From: a virus
Virus record (IMG/VR): IMGVR_UViG_3300023184_000038
Coordinates: 1 to 64,000 of that record
Strand: one strand, 5' to 3'
Length of the DNA stretch: 64,000 nt
The translations under genes and the position numbers were made by a program. Shown here piece by piece: positions 54,848 through 64,000 of this stretch. Under the pieces are notes generated by a model that was not told where the DNA came from, made no database searches, and saw nothing but the letters and a program-made list of their open reading frames with translations. The first letter of the stretch is position 1, and every line of letters starts with the position of its first letter.

Positions 54848-57800
54848 ATGAACATGTTAGATTTAATGAACAAGATGACTGAACTTAGTGAAGCCAAGTC
54901 TACTAATAATGCGTTTACTGGAAATTGGAAAGATCCGGACGATGCTAAAGGCAAATCTATAATTCATAAAGGTAAGTATGGTACTGCGTATCAAGGTGAA
55001 CCTGATGACTTATCCACTGATGACACTAAAAAAACTAAAAAAGTTGCACCAGCAGACGGCGAGAAACGTGGCCGTGGACGACCAGCAAAAGGGTCAGATA
55101 GTTCAGGCAAAACAACATCACATGATACACAATCGTTATCTAATTTTATGATTGGTAATAAACCAAGTAAAGCAGTTGACAAATTACCAAAAACAAAAAG
55201 TAAAACGTTGAAAGATTGGTTTGAAAGATTAGATACTGCATTGAATGAAGATGGTCAATTTACTGTGAAACCGGCTGCACCCGGCGCATCAGATATTATG
55301 GGACCAGATGGTAAAAAAATAGGAACAGCATCGACCCCGGCTGCAGCTCAAGCAGTAAAAAACGGAGAAGTAAATTTTGATAAAGAACAAGGTATGGCGG
55401 AAGGCGACATTGGAAAACATAACAATGCTACAACAGGGTTTGCGGCGTTAGTTAAAAAACTTACACCTAAATATGGTGTAAAAGGTGCAATGCGTATTGC
55501 TGGTAGTCAAATGAAAAAAATTAAAGAAGCGGATATGCCACGCAATGATAGTGACATGGGTGCAGGTTTAGGCGCTGGTCGTAGTCAACAATTTGAAGGC
55601 ACAGAAGAAGATCCTGCTGGACCCGCAAGCCAAGCGGCCGATGAGTTAGCATATAAACTTCGCAATCCAAAATTTGATGCTGCATTGAAAAAAATAGAAG
55701 ACAAGTATAAAAATGATTCTATGGTTGTAAGAATGAATTCTCAAGGTGGCAAACAAGATCCAACAAGAATAGCGGGTATTCTGCAAGATCTTGCTCTGCA
55801 ACATAAAAGGGATCTAGAAGTGTTAGTGAATTACTACCAAAAATACGGCGGGCCAACTCCAGCATTAGAAAGCAAAAAAGGAGTAAATCCTTTTGCTAAG
55901 AAAAAACCAGACGATGACAAAGATGGAGTTCCTAATTGGGCCGACAAGAAGCCCGGTAAAGATGATAACGAAGGCAAAAAGAAAGGTGCAGCACCTATGA
56001 GTGAGGGTGGCAACCCTTTTGCCCCTATAGTGAATCCTATAATGAATTTAGTTAAAGGTGGTACTAAAGTCCTACCCAAACCTACTGGTCGACCGGGGAT
56101 GCCGCCTGCTCAAGCTGCAAGGACAGATGCTGTATCCCAAGCAAGACTTGCTAAAAGAAATGCTGATGACGAAATGTGGGCAGCAAGACAAGGCACCCAA
56201 CCTTCGGCCGCAAGTACAGATGCTGTATCCAAAGCAAGAAATGCTAAAAGAAATGCTGATGACGAAATGTGGGCAGCAAGACAAGGCACCCAACAACCAG
56301 CATTAGAAAGCAAAAAAGGAGTAAATCCTTTTGCTAAGAAAAAACCAGACGATGACAAAGATGGAGTTCCTAATTGGGCCGACAAGAAGCCCGGTAAAGA
56401 TGATAACGAAGGCAAAAAGAAAGGTGCAGCACCTAAGAAAGGTGTAAATCCTTTTGCTAAAAAGAAAATTTCTGAAGGTAAGGTAAAGGACATTGCAATA
56501 GATTTAGAAGAAATGACGCCGGCGGAATTTAAAAAGAAATATAAAATGACAAAGGCTGAAATGGAAAAAAATATGAATACTGACACCAACGCTAAGAAGA
56601 AAGATGTGACGGAAAACTCACATAATGTCACGGAGAAAATTATTGGACAACCTAAAATTGATAATATGGATAATGCTGGGCGCGGTGTATACAGTGGTGC
56701 CGAAAAAACAGCAACAACTAAACATCGTTTGGGGTCACATGTGTATGAAGTAACCACTGAGCAAGACGGTGATGGCGATCTTTATTATTTCATTTATGTG
56801 AATGGCAAACAAGTGTTTTACGCCACTAGTTCGGGAGTGTATGAGAACAAGTTAGGTAGCAGGATTAGTTCCGCTTTGTTGGATGAGCATAAAAAAGCCA
56901 CTGCACAGATGTTTGATTCGGATGAGGATGAAGATGAGGATGATTTTAGGGAAGGTGTGGCGGAAAGGCATCAAGCAGCTGGAAAACTTAAAAAGCAGAT
57001 GAGCAAAAGTATGATGGAAGGTGTTCGTCATTCAGATGCTGCACATTTACGAGGTAAGGCACATGCAATGGGCGGTGAAAATTATAACTGCCGATATACA
57101 CCGGGCACCAATGAAGCCAATATGTACCATATGGGATTCAAAGAAGGGCTTGATGAGTGCTATGGTCAAAGTCCAATGGAGAGTTATGTCGAGGAAGAAT
57201 TTACTCCGGAAGGAGAAGTTGAAAATATGCCACTAATGACTGATGAAAACTATATGATGGATGAAAGTCCTTTTAGTTGGGCTGCTAAAAATACTCCAAC
57301 AGGAAAACACTTTACATTAGCCGGACATGATTTTACAAAAACAGCGGCAGAAAGTATGAATCCGTTTATGGAATCTTTAAATAACCAATTAAATGCTTTA
57401 CTTAATGATGATATTAATGAAGGAATGACTGTATCAATTTCTAAAGGTCAACAAGGTACGCCGGATTCAGTTAGTGTGTCTGCTCAAGATTCTGAAGCAG
57501 AACAATTACTTTCTATTATTAAATCAGCGGGCTTAAGCTTGTTTGGTAGCGATAATGATTCAGGTGATGAACATTCTTCTGCTATGTCTATGCCGGGCGT
57601 TTCTATTGCTGACGGTGGTGCTGAACTTGATAGTAATATCAACGTGGTAAACGATCATGATGGCATGTTGGATTTAATTCGCAAAATGACAGGACAAGGT
57701 CCTGCTCAATCAGATGACAACGATTATGAAAGTGAAGAACACGAACACAGTCATGATGATGAAGAAGAGTGCGGCGATTGTGGTAATAGTCCATGTGATT

Positions 57801-58204
57801 GCGAGTCAATTGATGAAGCTGAAACACCTGATCAAGCAGAATTTATGGCTACTGAAGATAATGCGCCGGATTCTGGTGCTCAGGAAACAACCGCTGATGT
57901 AAATGCAGGGGCGGCTGAAGATGCAGCAATAGCAAAATCAGACCAACAAAATCCAACAGTAACAACAAATGAAGATGAAATGGAAGAAGACTTAAATGAA
58001 TCATATGCTAATAGTGCTGAAAATACATTTGAGGCTGATATAGAATTTATGACTAAGGTTATAACAGGTGGTTTGAATAAACAAAAATCAACCGGTCAAT
58101 CTACTATCCCAGTCGTGGCAAGTCAAAAAAATCGTTTGGGTGAGCCAATGCAAGAATCTACTGCATTACTACATGATTGGAAAAAATTAAGTGGTATTAC
58201 ATAA
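54848..58204 (+). CDS. Large modular acidic protein, putative internal head/core protein
   Basis: 1118 aa low-complexity modules, internal exact repeats, AT-hook-like KRGRGRP, C-terminal KLSGI. Confidence 0.72.
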   Translation: MNMLDLMNKMTELSEAKSTNNAFTGNWKDPDDAKGKSIIHKGKYGTAYQGEPDDLSTDDTKKTKKVAPADGEKRGRGRPAKGSDSSGKTTSHDTQSLSNFMIGNKPSKAVDKLPKTKSKTLKDWFERLDTALNEDGQFTVKPAAPGASDIMGPDGKKIGTASTPAAAQAVKNGEVNFDKEQGMAEGDIGKHNNATTGFAALVKKLTPKYGVKGAMRIAGSQMKKIKEADMPRNDSDMGAGLGAGRSQQFEGTEEDPAGPASQAADELAYKLRNPKFDAALKKIEDKYKNDSMVVRMNSQGGKQDPTRIAGILQDLALQHKRDLEVLVNYYQKYGGPTPALESKKGVNPFAKKKPDDDKDGVPNWADKKPGKDDNEGKKKGAAPMSEGGNPFAPIVNPIMNLVKGGTKVLPKPTGRPGMPPAQAARTDAVSQARLAKRNADDEMWAARQGTQPSAASTDAVSKARNAKRNADDEMWAARQGTQQPALESKKGVNPFAKKKPDDDKDGVPNWADKKPGKDDNEGKKKGAAPKKGVNPFAKKKISEGKVKDIAIDLEEMTPAEFKKKYKMTKAEMEKNMNTDTNAKKKDVTENSHNVTEKIIGQPKIDNMDNAGRGVYSGAEKTATTKHRLGSHVYEVTTEQDGDGDLYYFIYVNGKQVFYATSSGVYENKLGSRISSALLDEHKKATAQMFDSDEDEDEDDFREGVAERHQAAGKLKKQMSKSMMEGVRHSDAAHLRGKAHAMGGENYNCRYTPGTNEANMYHMGFKEGLDECYGQSPMESYVEEEFTPEGEVENMPLMTDENYMMDESPFSWAAKNTPTGKHFTLAGHDFTKTAAESMNPFMESLNNQLNALLNDDINEGMTVSISKGQQGTPDSVSVSAQDSEAEQLLSIIKSAGLSLFGSDNDSGDEHSSAMSMPGVSIADGGAELDSNINVVNDHDGMLDLIRKMTGQGPAQSDDNDYESEEHEHSHDDEEECGDCGNSPCDCESIDEAETPDQAEFMATEDNAPDSGAQETTADVNAGAAEDAAIAKSDQQNPTVTTNEDEMEEDLNESYANSAENTFEADIEFMTKVITGGLNKQKSTGQSTIPVVASQKNRLGEPMQESTALLHDWKKLSGIT
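55859..56435 (+). repeat. 139-bp direct repeat enclosing a nested 2x repeat
   Basis: 55859-55997 matches 56297-56435, with TDAVS..AKRNADDEMWAARQGTQ twice in between. Confidence 0.88.
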
Positions 58205-58216
58205 GTAATATACCTT

Positions 58217-58249
58217 AAAAAAATACCCGAGTTAATCGGGTATTTTTTT
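58217..58249. terminator. Bidirectional terminator
   Basis: aaaaaaatacccga-gttaa-tcgggtattttttt. Confidence 0.8.
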
Positions 58250-58275
58250 GGAATTAGTAATTGTACTACTAAAAA

Positions 58276-59070
58276 TTACACATGATACATTTTTAATATA
58301 TCTCCTATGATTTTATGTCTGCGTATATCAGATGCATTAAATGTACATGACTGCATACCAGCAACAGGAGAGTTGGCTAACTTCTTCTGTAAGTCTATCA
58401 ACCCATTATCAGACTGCCGTCTATCTGCTTGATCGGTGTCACCTGTAACCACAATTTTGCTACCTTCGCCTATGCGAGTTAACAACATACACGCTTGCGA
58501 AATGGAGCAATTTTGTGCCTCATCCAGCACTATCCAACTGTGTTTAAAGTTCCTTCCTCGGCAAAAAGCCAATGGCGCAATTTCTATAATTTGTTCCTCC
58601 AACATGTGAGCAATTTCTTTAGTTGAATAATATTCCCGTAACACATCTAATAATGGTCTAGTCCAAGGTTCCATTTTTTGATTTAAATCGCCGGGCAAAA
58701 ATCCATGCTTTTCATCATCTACTGCAACAGCGGGTCTAGTTAAAATTATTTTATCACATTGTCTAGTTCTAAGTGATTTAATTGCTGCTTGCATTGCTAA
58801 ATATGTTTTTCCGGTTCCTGCAGGTCCGGAAACAACTACAATGTCTATATTATCATCTAATAATGCAATTATATATTTTTCTTGATTTATTGATTTTGGT
58901 ATCAATTCTATTACCTTAGTACTAAGTTTAGGTACTTTTTGCCCAGTGGCCTGGGTAAAATCTATAGTTTTAGATTCGTTTAAGTAGTAAGTATTAGTAT
59001 TTGACATTTTTTTTGTGTGAGAAAAGCGTGAATCATAATCACGAACAGCGCCAGTTTTTCGTTTGCTCAA
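58276..59070 (-). CDS. phoH: PhoH family ATPase
   Basis: GPAGTGKTYLA, LTRPAV, GFLPGD, RGRNF, LDEAQN, TRIGEGSK, GDTDQAD. Confidence 0.96.
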   Translation of the reverse strand: MSKRKTGAVRDYDSRFSHTKKMSNTNTYYLNESKTIDFTQATGQKVPKLSTKVIELIPKSINQEKYIIALLDDNIDIVVVSGPAGTGKTYLAMQAAIKSLRTRQCDKIILTRPAVAVDDEKHGFLPGDLNQKMEPWTRPLLDVLREYYSTKEIAHMLEEQIIEIAPLAFCRGRNFKHSWIVLDEAQNCSISQACMLLTRIGEGSKIVVTGDTDQADRRQSDNGLIDLQKKLANSPVAGMQSCTFNASDIRRHKIIGDILKMYHV

Positions 59071-59239
59071 TATATATTCTCCTTAAAAAGAGCGTGAATA
59101 CTCATAATATTCAATAGTATTTACAAATATTACCAATGTGTATAGTATTGCAGTATTTACTGCATACTTTATGATAAATATTATACTGGCTGGGATTACT
59201 TGATATTGTCACCTATATATAATTAATGATAAATACATA

Positions 59240-59851
59240 ATGAAACACGAAACCGCAGATAATTTTTTTGATGATATAAATTTTGTAAGTATAGTTGATA
59301 CTGTAAAGGGAATATTTACTAGTGATGGATCTATGGCAATATTATTAGATTACGAAAGAGTATTAGATGAATCAGATTTATATGCTTATAAAAATTGGCA
59401 AATAGGTGAATTAGTTCAAGGCCCAACAAAAAGCAAATATACTGTAAAATGTATTTTTATGTGGCCATACAAATTAATGCCAGATCCTAGCGGCGCTAAA
59501 CGATTAATGACAATTGGATGTAAACTTAAGTTTGCTAAATCTAAAATAACAGTTCCTGTAGAAGTTCATAATTATGATGATTTTATACCGGGAACTAGGT
59601 ATCCAAAATCAACAAAAAAAGAAGTATGGTTTGTTCAAATTGAAATTCCAAATGAATTGATGAATGAAATACGAGAGGGTACAATAGATTTAGCGGGTCA
59701 AGAAATTGACTTAGATGAACTTGATGATTCCTATGATGATGATTTAGAAAAATCACAGACGCAAGATGAAGAACCTGTAGCCGGAGGTGCAATGCCAGCC
59801 GGTCCAATGCCGGCCCCAGCAAAAGCCCCGGCGCCAGCTCCAGCAAGATAA
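59240..59851 (+). CDS. Hypothetical protein
   Basis: DYERVLDE.DLYAYKNW..MPDPSGAKRL. Confidence 0.75.
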   Translation: MKHETADNFFDDINFVSIVDTVKGIFTSDGSMAILLDYERVLDESDLYAYKNWQIGELVQGPTKSKYTVKCIFMWPYKLMPDPSGAKRLMTIGCKLKFAKSKITVPVEVHNYDDFIPGTRYPKSTKKEVWFVQIEIPNELMNEIREGTIDLAGQEIDLDELDDSYDDDLEKSQTQDEEPVAGGAMPAGPMPAPAKAPAPAPAR

Positions 59852-59854
59852 ATT

Positions 59855-60415
59855 ATGAATAATACTCAACTTATTAATGAAGGCTTAGATTATCATGACA
59901 TGGAGGGTCAATTTGAACCCAAATTAAGTGTGGATGAATACTCGGCTAAAATGGGAGAAGATAGCGATGTAGTTACTTTAGCATTTATTATCCATAGTGA
60001 ACAAGCCGGCAATGATATAGTAGATTGGTTTGAACGTGGATATGATTGGGTATTAGATGCTAGTGTAAGTGAGGGTGAAATTGTTCCGGGAAAATATTTA
60101 GTATTCGTAGAAATGAATCGTAGAAGCACTGTACCCAACAGAATTATTACATTGTTATCTGATTTGACAACTTTAACAAATATTCCAGTTAATGATTGGA
60201 CCATTACAATTGATGATGAAGAATATGAACCAGATATTGAGGTTTTAAAACAAGTTATAACTATTAGTCCACATGAATATCGTAAAGAAGAAGAACAAGA
60301 AGAACAAGAAGAAGGATTAAATGAAATGAGAATTCGTGCAGGATTAGAACCAAAGAGGATAGTTGGTGAACAAGATGCTGAATTAAAAAACTTTAAGGCT
60401 ATGGCAGGATTATAA
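59855..60415 (+). CDS. Hypothetical acidic protein
   Basis: VDEYSAKMG..WFERGYDWVLDA..YLVFVE. Confidence 0.75.
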   Translation: MNNTQLINEGLDYHDMEGQFEPKLSVDEYSAKMGEDSDVVTLAFIIHSEQAGNDIVDWFERGYDWVLDASVSEGEIVPGKYLVFVEMNRRSTVPNRIITLLSDLTTLTNIPVNDWTITIDDEEYEPDIEVLKQVITISPHEYRKEEEQEEQEEGLNEMRIRAGLEPKRIVGEQDAELKNFKAMAGL

Positions 60416-60417
60416 GT

Positions 60418-60987
60418 ATGGCTACACTATTACCAAAAAAAACAATTATTGAAGTTCCAATTGCAACTGATGATGATGTACAGGCTCAACTAATTGCCGA
60501 TCCGACTATAAAACAATTTCCAGGAAACAATGACCACCCCTACTTATCAACCGGGTCTACAACATTTGGCTCACCTTCGCCAGGAGGATTCTCTCCATCC
60601 AGTTCGTATAACCCATCAGCATCATCTGGCTTTGGCGGAAGCAGCACTGGAGGCACATATACAAATCAGTCAACGACTAATCTTACCCAAGGAGGTAGTA
60701 ACGCCGCTCAGGGGGCCGACGTATTAGTAGCAAACGACAATACTGACTTCATAAACAAAAAATGGCGTCCATTAATGGCGTTTGTTTATATGTTTACATG
60801 TTTATGTGACTTTGTTTTATTCCCTGTATTATGGAGTTTATTACAAGCAATGAGTAAAGGAACGGTAACAGTTCAATGGCAACCACTAACATTACAAGGT
60901 GCCGGTCTTTATCATATCGCTATGGGCGCTGTATTGGGTGTGGCAGCATACGGCAGAACAAAAGAAAAGATCTCCGGAACTGCTTGA
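60418..60987 (+). CDS. Putative holin-like membrane protein
   Basis: KWRPLMAFVY transmembrane segments, GVAAYGRTKEK. Confidence 0.65.
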   Translation: MATLLPKKTIIEVPIATDDDVQAQLIADPTIKQFPGNNDHPYLSTGSTTFGSPSPGGFSPSSSYNPSASSGFGGSSTGGTYTNQSTTNLTQGGSNAAQGADVLVANDNTDFINKKWRPLMAFVYMFTCLCDFVLFPVLWSLLQAMSKGTVTVQWQPLTLQGAGLYHIAMGAVLGVAAYGRTKEKISGTA

Positions 60988-61030
60988 TAAATATTGACTT
61001 ATAGCAATTTTTCTGCTATAATTATTTACC

Positions 61031-61819
61031 ATGGATCATTACACAACATTAGGGGTAACTAAAAATGCCAACTCTACAGACATTAAAAAAGCCTATAGAA
61101 AATTAGCAAATCAATTTCACCCAGATAAAGGCGGAGATACTGCCCAATTTCAAAAAATTCAAGTAGCGTATGATACGTTAAGCGACTCTTTAAAAAGACA
61201 AGAGTATGATAATCCTCAACCCGCAGGGTTTGGTGGATTCCCTGGAGGATTTAGTTTTACTACTGGTTCTGGATTCCCCGATATATTTGGTGATTTGTTT
61301 AGGCATCATGCTCAGGCTGCTCAACGACAAGCACAAATATATAGAACCATAATGGAAATTACATTGGAACAAGTATACTTTGGTGGGCAACAAGCATTAA
61401 AACTTCAATCACCAACAGGCGTTCATATGGTAAATATAAATATACCAAAAGGAGTGACTGATGGTGCTCAAATGCGAGTAGAAAATGTAATTAAAGATGT
61501 TGTTCTTATTGTTGAATTTAGAATTCACAAACATTTAAAATTTGATAGAAATGGCAATGACTTAATATGTAATTACCCTATTTCAGTGTTAGATTTGATT
61601 GTAGGAACTGTATTTCAATTTACAACTATTGCCAACATTACACTTGAAGTTACTATACAACCCAAAACACAACCTCATATGCAATTAAGAATGGCAGGGC
61701 ATGGATTGCCAATTTTAAATTCAAATCAAGTAGGAGACCAAATACTATTGTTAAAACCATTTATACCAGATATAATTAACGATACGATTATCAATAGCAT
61801 TTTGCAACATAAAATATAG
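61031..61819 (+). CDS. dnaJ: DnaJ-class co-chaperone (no Zn finger)
   Basis: J domain HPDKGG, G/F region, C-terminal domain. Confidence 0.92.
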   Translation: MDHYTTLGVTKNANSTDIKKAYRKLANQFHPDKGGDTAQFQKIQVAYDTLSDSLKRQEYDNPQPAGFGGFPGGFSFTTGSGFPDIFGDLFRHHAQAAQRQAQIYRTIMEITLEQVYFGGQQALKLQSPTGVHMVNINIPKGVTDGAQMRVENVIKDVVLIVEFRIHKHLKFDRNGNDLICNYPISVLDLIVGTVFQFTTIANITLEVTIQPKTQPHMQLRMAGHGLPILNSNQVGDQILLLKPFIPDIINDTIINSILQHKI

Positions 61820-61826
61820 GAACCTG

Positions 61827-64000
61827 ATGAATAATTCGCCCGAAATTGAAAATATTATTGAACAAGCAATTGAATTTGCTAAAGAAAAAAAGCATCAATA
61901 TTGTACAATAGAACATTTACTTTTATCTTTAATTAAACATACTCCATTTAAAAAATGCCTAATTAGTTTTGGTATTGATTATGATATGTTTTTTAATGAA
62001 CTAAATGCATATGTAGATGGATTGCAATCAATTGTAACTACTGAAGACCCAGTGGTTCCAAGGAGAACAAATTCATTAGAACGGGTAATGAATCGTAGTG
62101 TAACTCAAGTGTTGTTTACTGGTCGTCGTCAAGTTACAACTATTGATTTATATTTGAGTATTGCCTCAGAGGGTAATAGTCATGCTCATTATTTCTTATT
62201 AAAGTATGGAGTCAATAAAAATGAATTTATTCAACATTGGCAAAAAACTTATAAAGGTGCGGAATATACTTCTAAATTATCTGAAAATCAAGCTGATGAA
62301 ATTTTAGAAGAATATACAATTAATCTTACTGCTATAGCAAAACAAGGTAAATTAGAACCTCTAATCGGTCGTACTAAAGAAATTGATGATATTATTAATG
62401 TCTTGGCTAAACGATTTAAATCTAATGTTCTTATGGTTGGAGATCCGGGCGTTGGTAAAACTGCAATAGTTGAAGGTATTGCTCAAGCAATTATTAATTT
62501 AGAAGTACCTGAATTTTTACAAGGACATGAATTATATTCTTTAGAAATTGGATCTTTACTCGCTGGAAGTAAATATCGTGGAGATTTTGAAGAAAAGGTA
62601 AAACATGTTATTGATGCCCTTAATACAAAAAAGAAAGCAATTCTTTTTATTGATGAGGCTCATACAATGCAAAGTGGCGGAGGATCTAATAACGGAAGTG
62701 TAGATTTTGCTAATATGATTAAACCTGCAATTACTAAAGGAACATTAAAAGTAATCGCAAGCACTACTTGGGAAGAATATTACGAATCTTTTGAAAAAGA
62801 TCGTGCCCTAATGCGTAGATTCTATAGAGTTTCAATTGATGAACCTTCACATGACTCTACTATTCGTATCCTTAAAGGATTGAGTGCAAGATTAAATGAT
62901 TTTCATACAGTTGAAATTACTGATGACGCAATTAATACTGCTGTAGATACTGCTGATAGGTATATACATGATAGAAAAAATCCAGATAAATCAATTGATT
63001 TATTGGATGCGGCTTGCGCTAAACAACGGGTATTGGAAAACAAAGGCGCTCTTATTACTAAAGAATTGATTTATGAGCAAGTAGAAAAATTTACAGGTGT
63101 TCCTGCTGATAAATTAAGTGGCGACAATTTTAGTAGAATTAGTACACTAGAAGTTAATGTAAAAAGTAAACTATACGGTCAAAATGAAACTGTTGATAAA
63201 GTACTTGAACGTGTATATGTTAGTTTTGCTGGAATCAATAACGATACTAAACCTATTGCTAGTTTCTTATTCTTAGGACCAACTGGAACAGGTAAAACTG
63301 AACTTGCTAAACTATTAAGTAAAAATCTAGAAATGCCATTACTTAAGTATGATATGTCAGAATATAGTGAAAAACATTCTGTATCAAGTTTAATTGGTCC
63401 TCCTCCTGGCTATGTTGGATTTGGTGATAGTCAAGTGGGCGGTGGCAGACTTATATCTGATTTAAGTAAAAATCCACATAGTGTTATGTTATTTGATGAA
63501 GTTGAAAAAGCACATCCGGATATATTTAATATCTTTTTACAATTACTAGATGAAGGAAGAATTACCGGCAGCAATGGTAAAATGGTAAGTTGTAAAAATA
63601 CCATTATTATTATGACTAGTAATTTGGGATCTAGTGATGGTGAAAAGAATAATATTGGATTTGGCTCACAAGAAAAAACAGGCGAAGATGATAGAGCCTT
63701 AAAGGAATTCTTTAAACCAGAATTTAGAAATCGGTTAGATATGGTTTGTAAATTTAATAAACTTGACCAACTTTCTATTAAGAAAATTGTTATTAAATTT
63801 ACTGAAGAGTTGAAGAAAAGTTTAATAGATAAGCATAACATTTCATTAACTTTATCTGAATCTGCAATTGAGCATTTGGCTGATAAAGGGTATGATAATA
63901 AATTAGGTGCTAGACCGTTAGCAAGAAAAATTGATGAACTTATTAGAGTTCCGCTTAGTAAAAGGATTTTATTTGACAAAATTAAAAATTCTAATATAAC
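61827..64000 (+). CDS. clpA: ATP-dependent Clp protease ATP-binding subunit ClpA-like, runs off the window
   Basis: Absent from the ORF track (no stop in window). MNNSPE..EHLLL, PLIGR, GDPGVGKT, FIDEAH, GPTGTGKTE, DMSEY, PPGYVG, FDEVEKAH, GARPL. Confidence 0.93.
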   Translation, partial: MNNSPEIENIIEQAIEFAKEKKHQYCTIEHLLLSLIKHTPFKKCLISFGIDYDMFFNELNAYVDGLQSIVTTEDPVVPRRTNSLERVMNRSVTQVLFTGRRQVTTIDLYLSIASEGNSHAHYFLLKYGVNKNEFIQHWQKTYKGAEYTSKLSENQADEILEEYTINLTAIAKQGKLEPLIGRTKEIDDIINVLAKRFKSNVLMVGDPGVGKTAIVEGIAQAIINLEVPEFLQGHELYSLEIGSLLAGSKYRGDFEEKVKHVIDALNTKKKAILFIDEAHTMQSGGGSNNGSVDFANMIKPAITKGTLKVIASTTWEEYYESFEKDRALMRRFYRVSIDEPSHDSTIRILKGLSARLNDFHTVEITDDAINTAVDTADRYIHDRKNPDKSIDLLDAACAKQRVLENKGALITKELIYEQVEKFTGVPADKLSGDNFSRISTLEVNVKSKLYGQNETVDKVLERVYVSFAGINNDTKPIASFLFLGPTGTGKTELAKLLSKNLEMPLLKYDMSEYSEKHSVSSLIGPPPGYVGFGDSQVGGGRLISDLSKNPHSVMLFDEVEKAHPDIFNIFLQLLDEGRITGSNGKMVSCKNTIIIMTSNLGSSDGEKNNIGFGSQEKTGEDDRALKEFFKPEFRNRLDMVCKFNKLDQLSIKKIVIKFTEELKKSLIDKHNISLTLSESAIEHLADKGYDNKLGARPLARKIDELIRVPLSKRILFDKIKNSNI

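Noticed and set aside
1-64000. Stop-codon reassignment
   Set aside because: No CTA/TTA/TCA-anticodon tRNA seen, and conserved genes are intact in code 11 and use TAA, TAG and TGA as stops

Overview
This AT-rich 64 kb window is part of a large tailed myophage genome with distant T4-like structural and replication genes. The host is probably an aquatic proteobacterium (inference from PstS, RpoZ, IscA, ClpA and perfect sigma70 promoters). Order of regions: (1) 1-3.5 kb, a dense array of 27 tRNAs, plus 2 more at 7.2 and 9.3 kb, covering all 20 amino acids and interleaved with about 8 structured non-tRNA RNAs. (2) 3.6-16 kb, an accessory region with tandem duplications, pstS with a Pho box, HNH and GIY-YIG nucleases, rpoZ and arrays of small paralogous genes. 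(3) 16-27 kb, replication genes: AAA ATPase, UvsW-like helicase, exonuclease, miniature DnaE, primase and DnaB-like helicase. (4) 28-58 kb, mostly virion genes: repeat-rich fibre, propeller protein, neck, sheath, tube, head-completion nuclease and a modular acidic protein. (5) phoH, a holin-like gene, dnaJ and a clpA truncated by the window end. The best candidate for an undescribed system is in the tRNA array. Four copies of a covarying ~18-bp stem (CCATA[T/G]A-x-AAACA[C/T]A.. / ..T[A/G]TGTT.-x-T[A/C]TATGG) start exactly at a tRNA CCA end, and each encloses a different structured RNA cargo. A second set of inserts starts AAGTTTTG, and one tRNA-like RNA has a 36-nt domain in place of its anticodon loop. 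All calls were made by eye, and no database searches were run.
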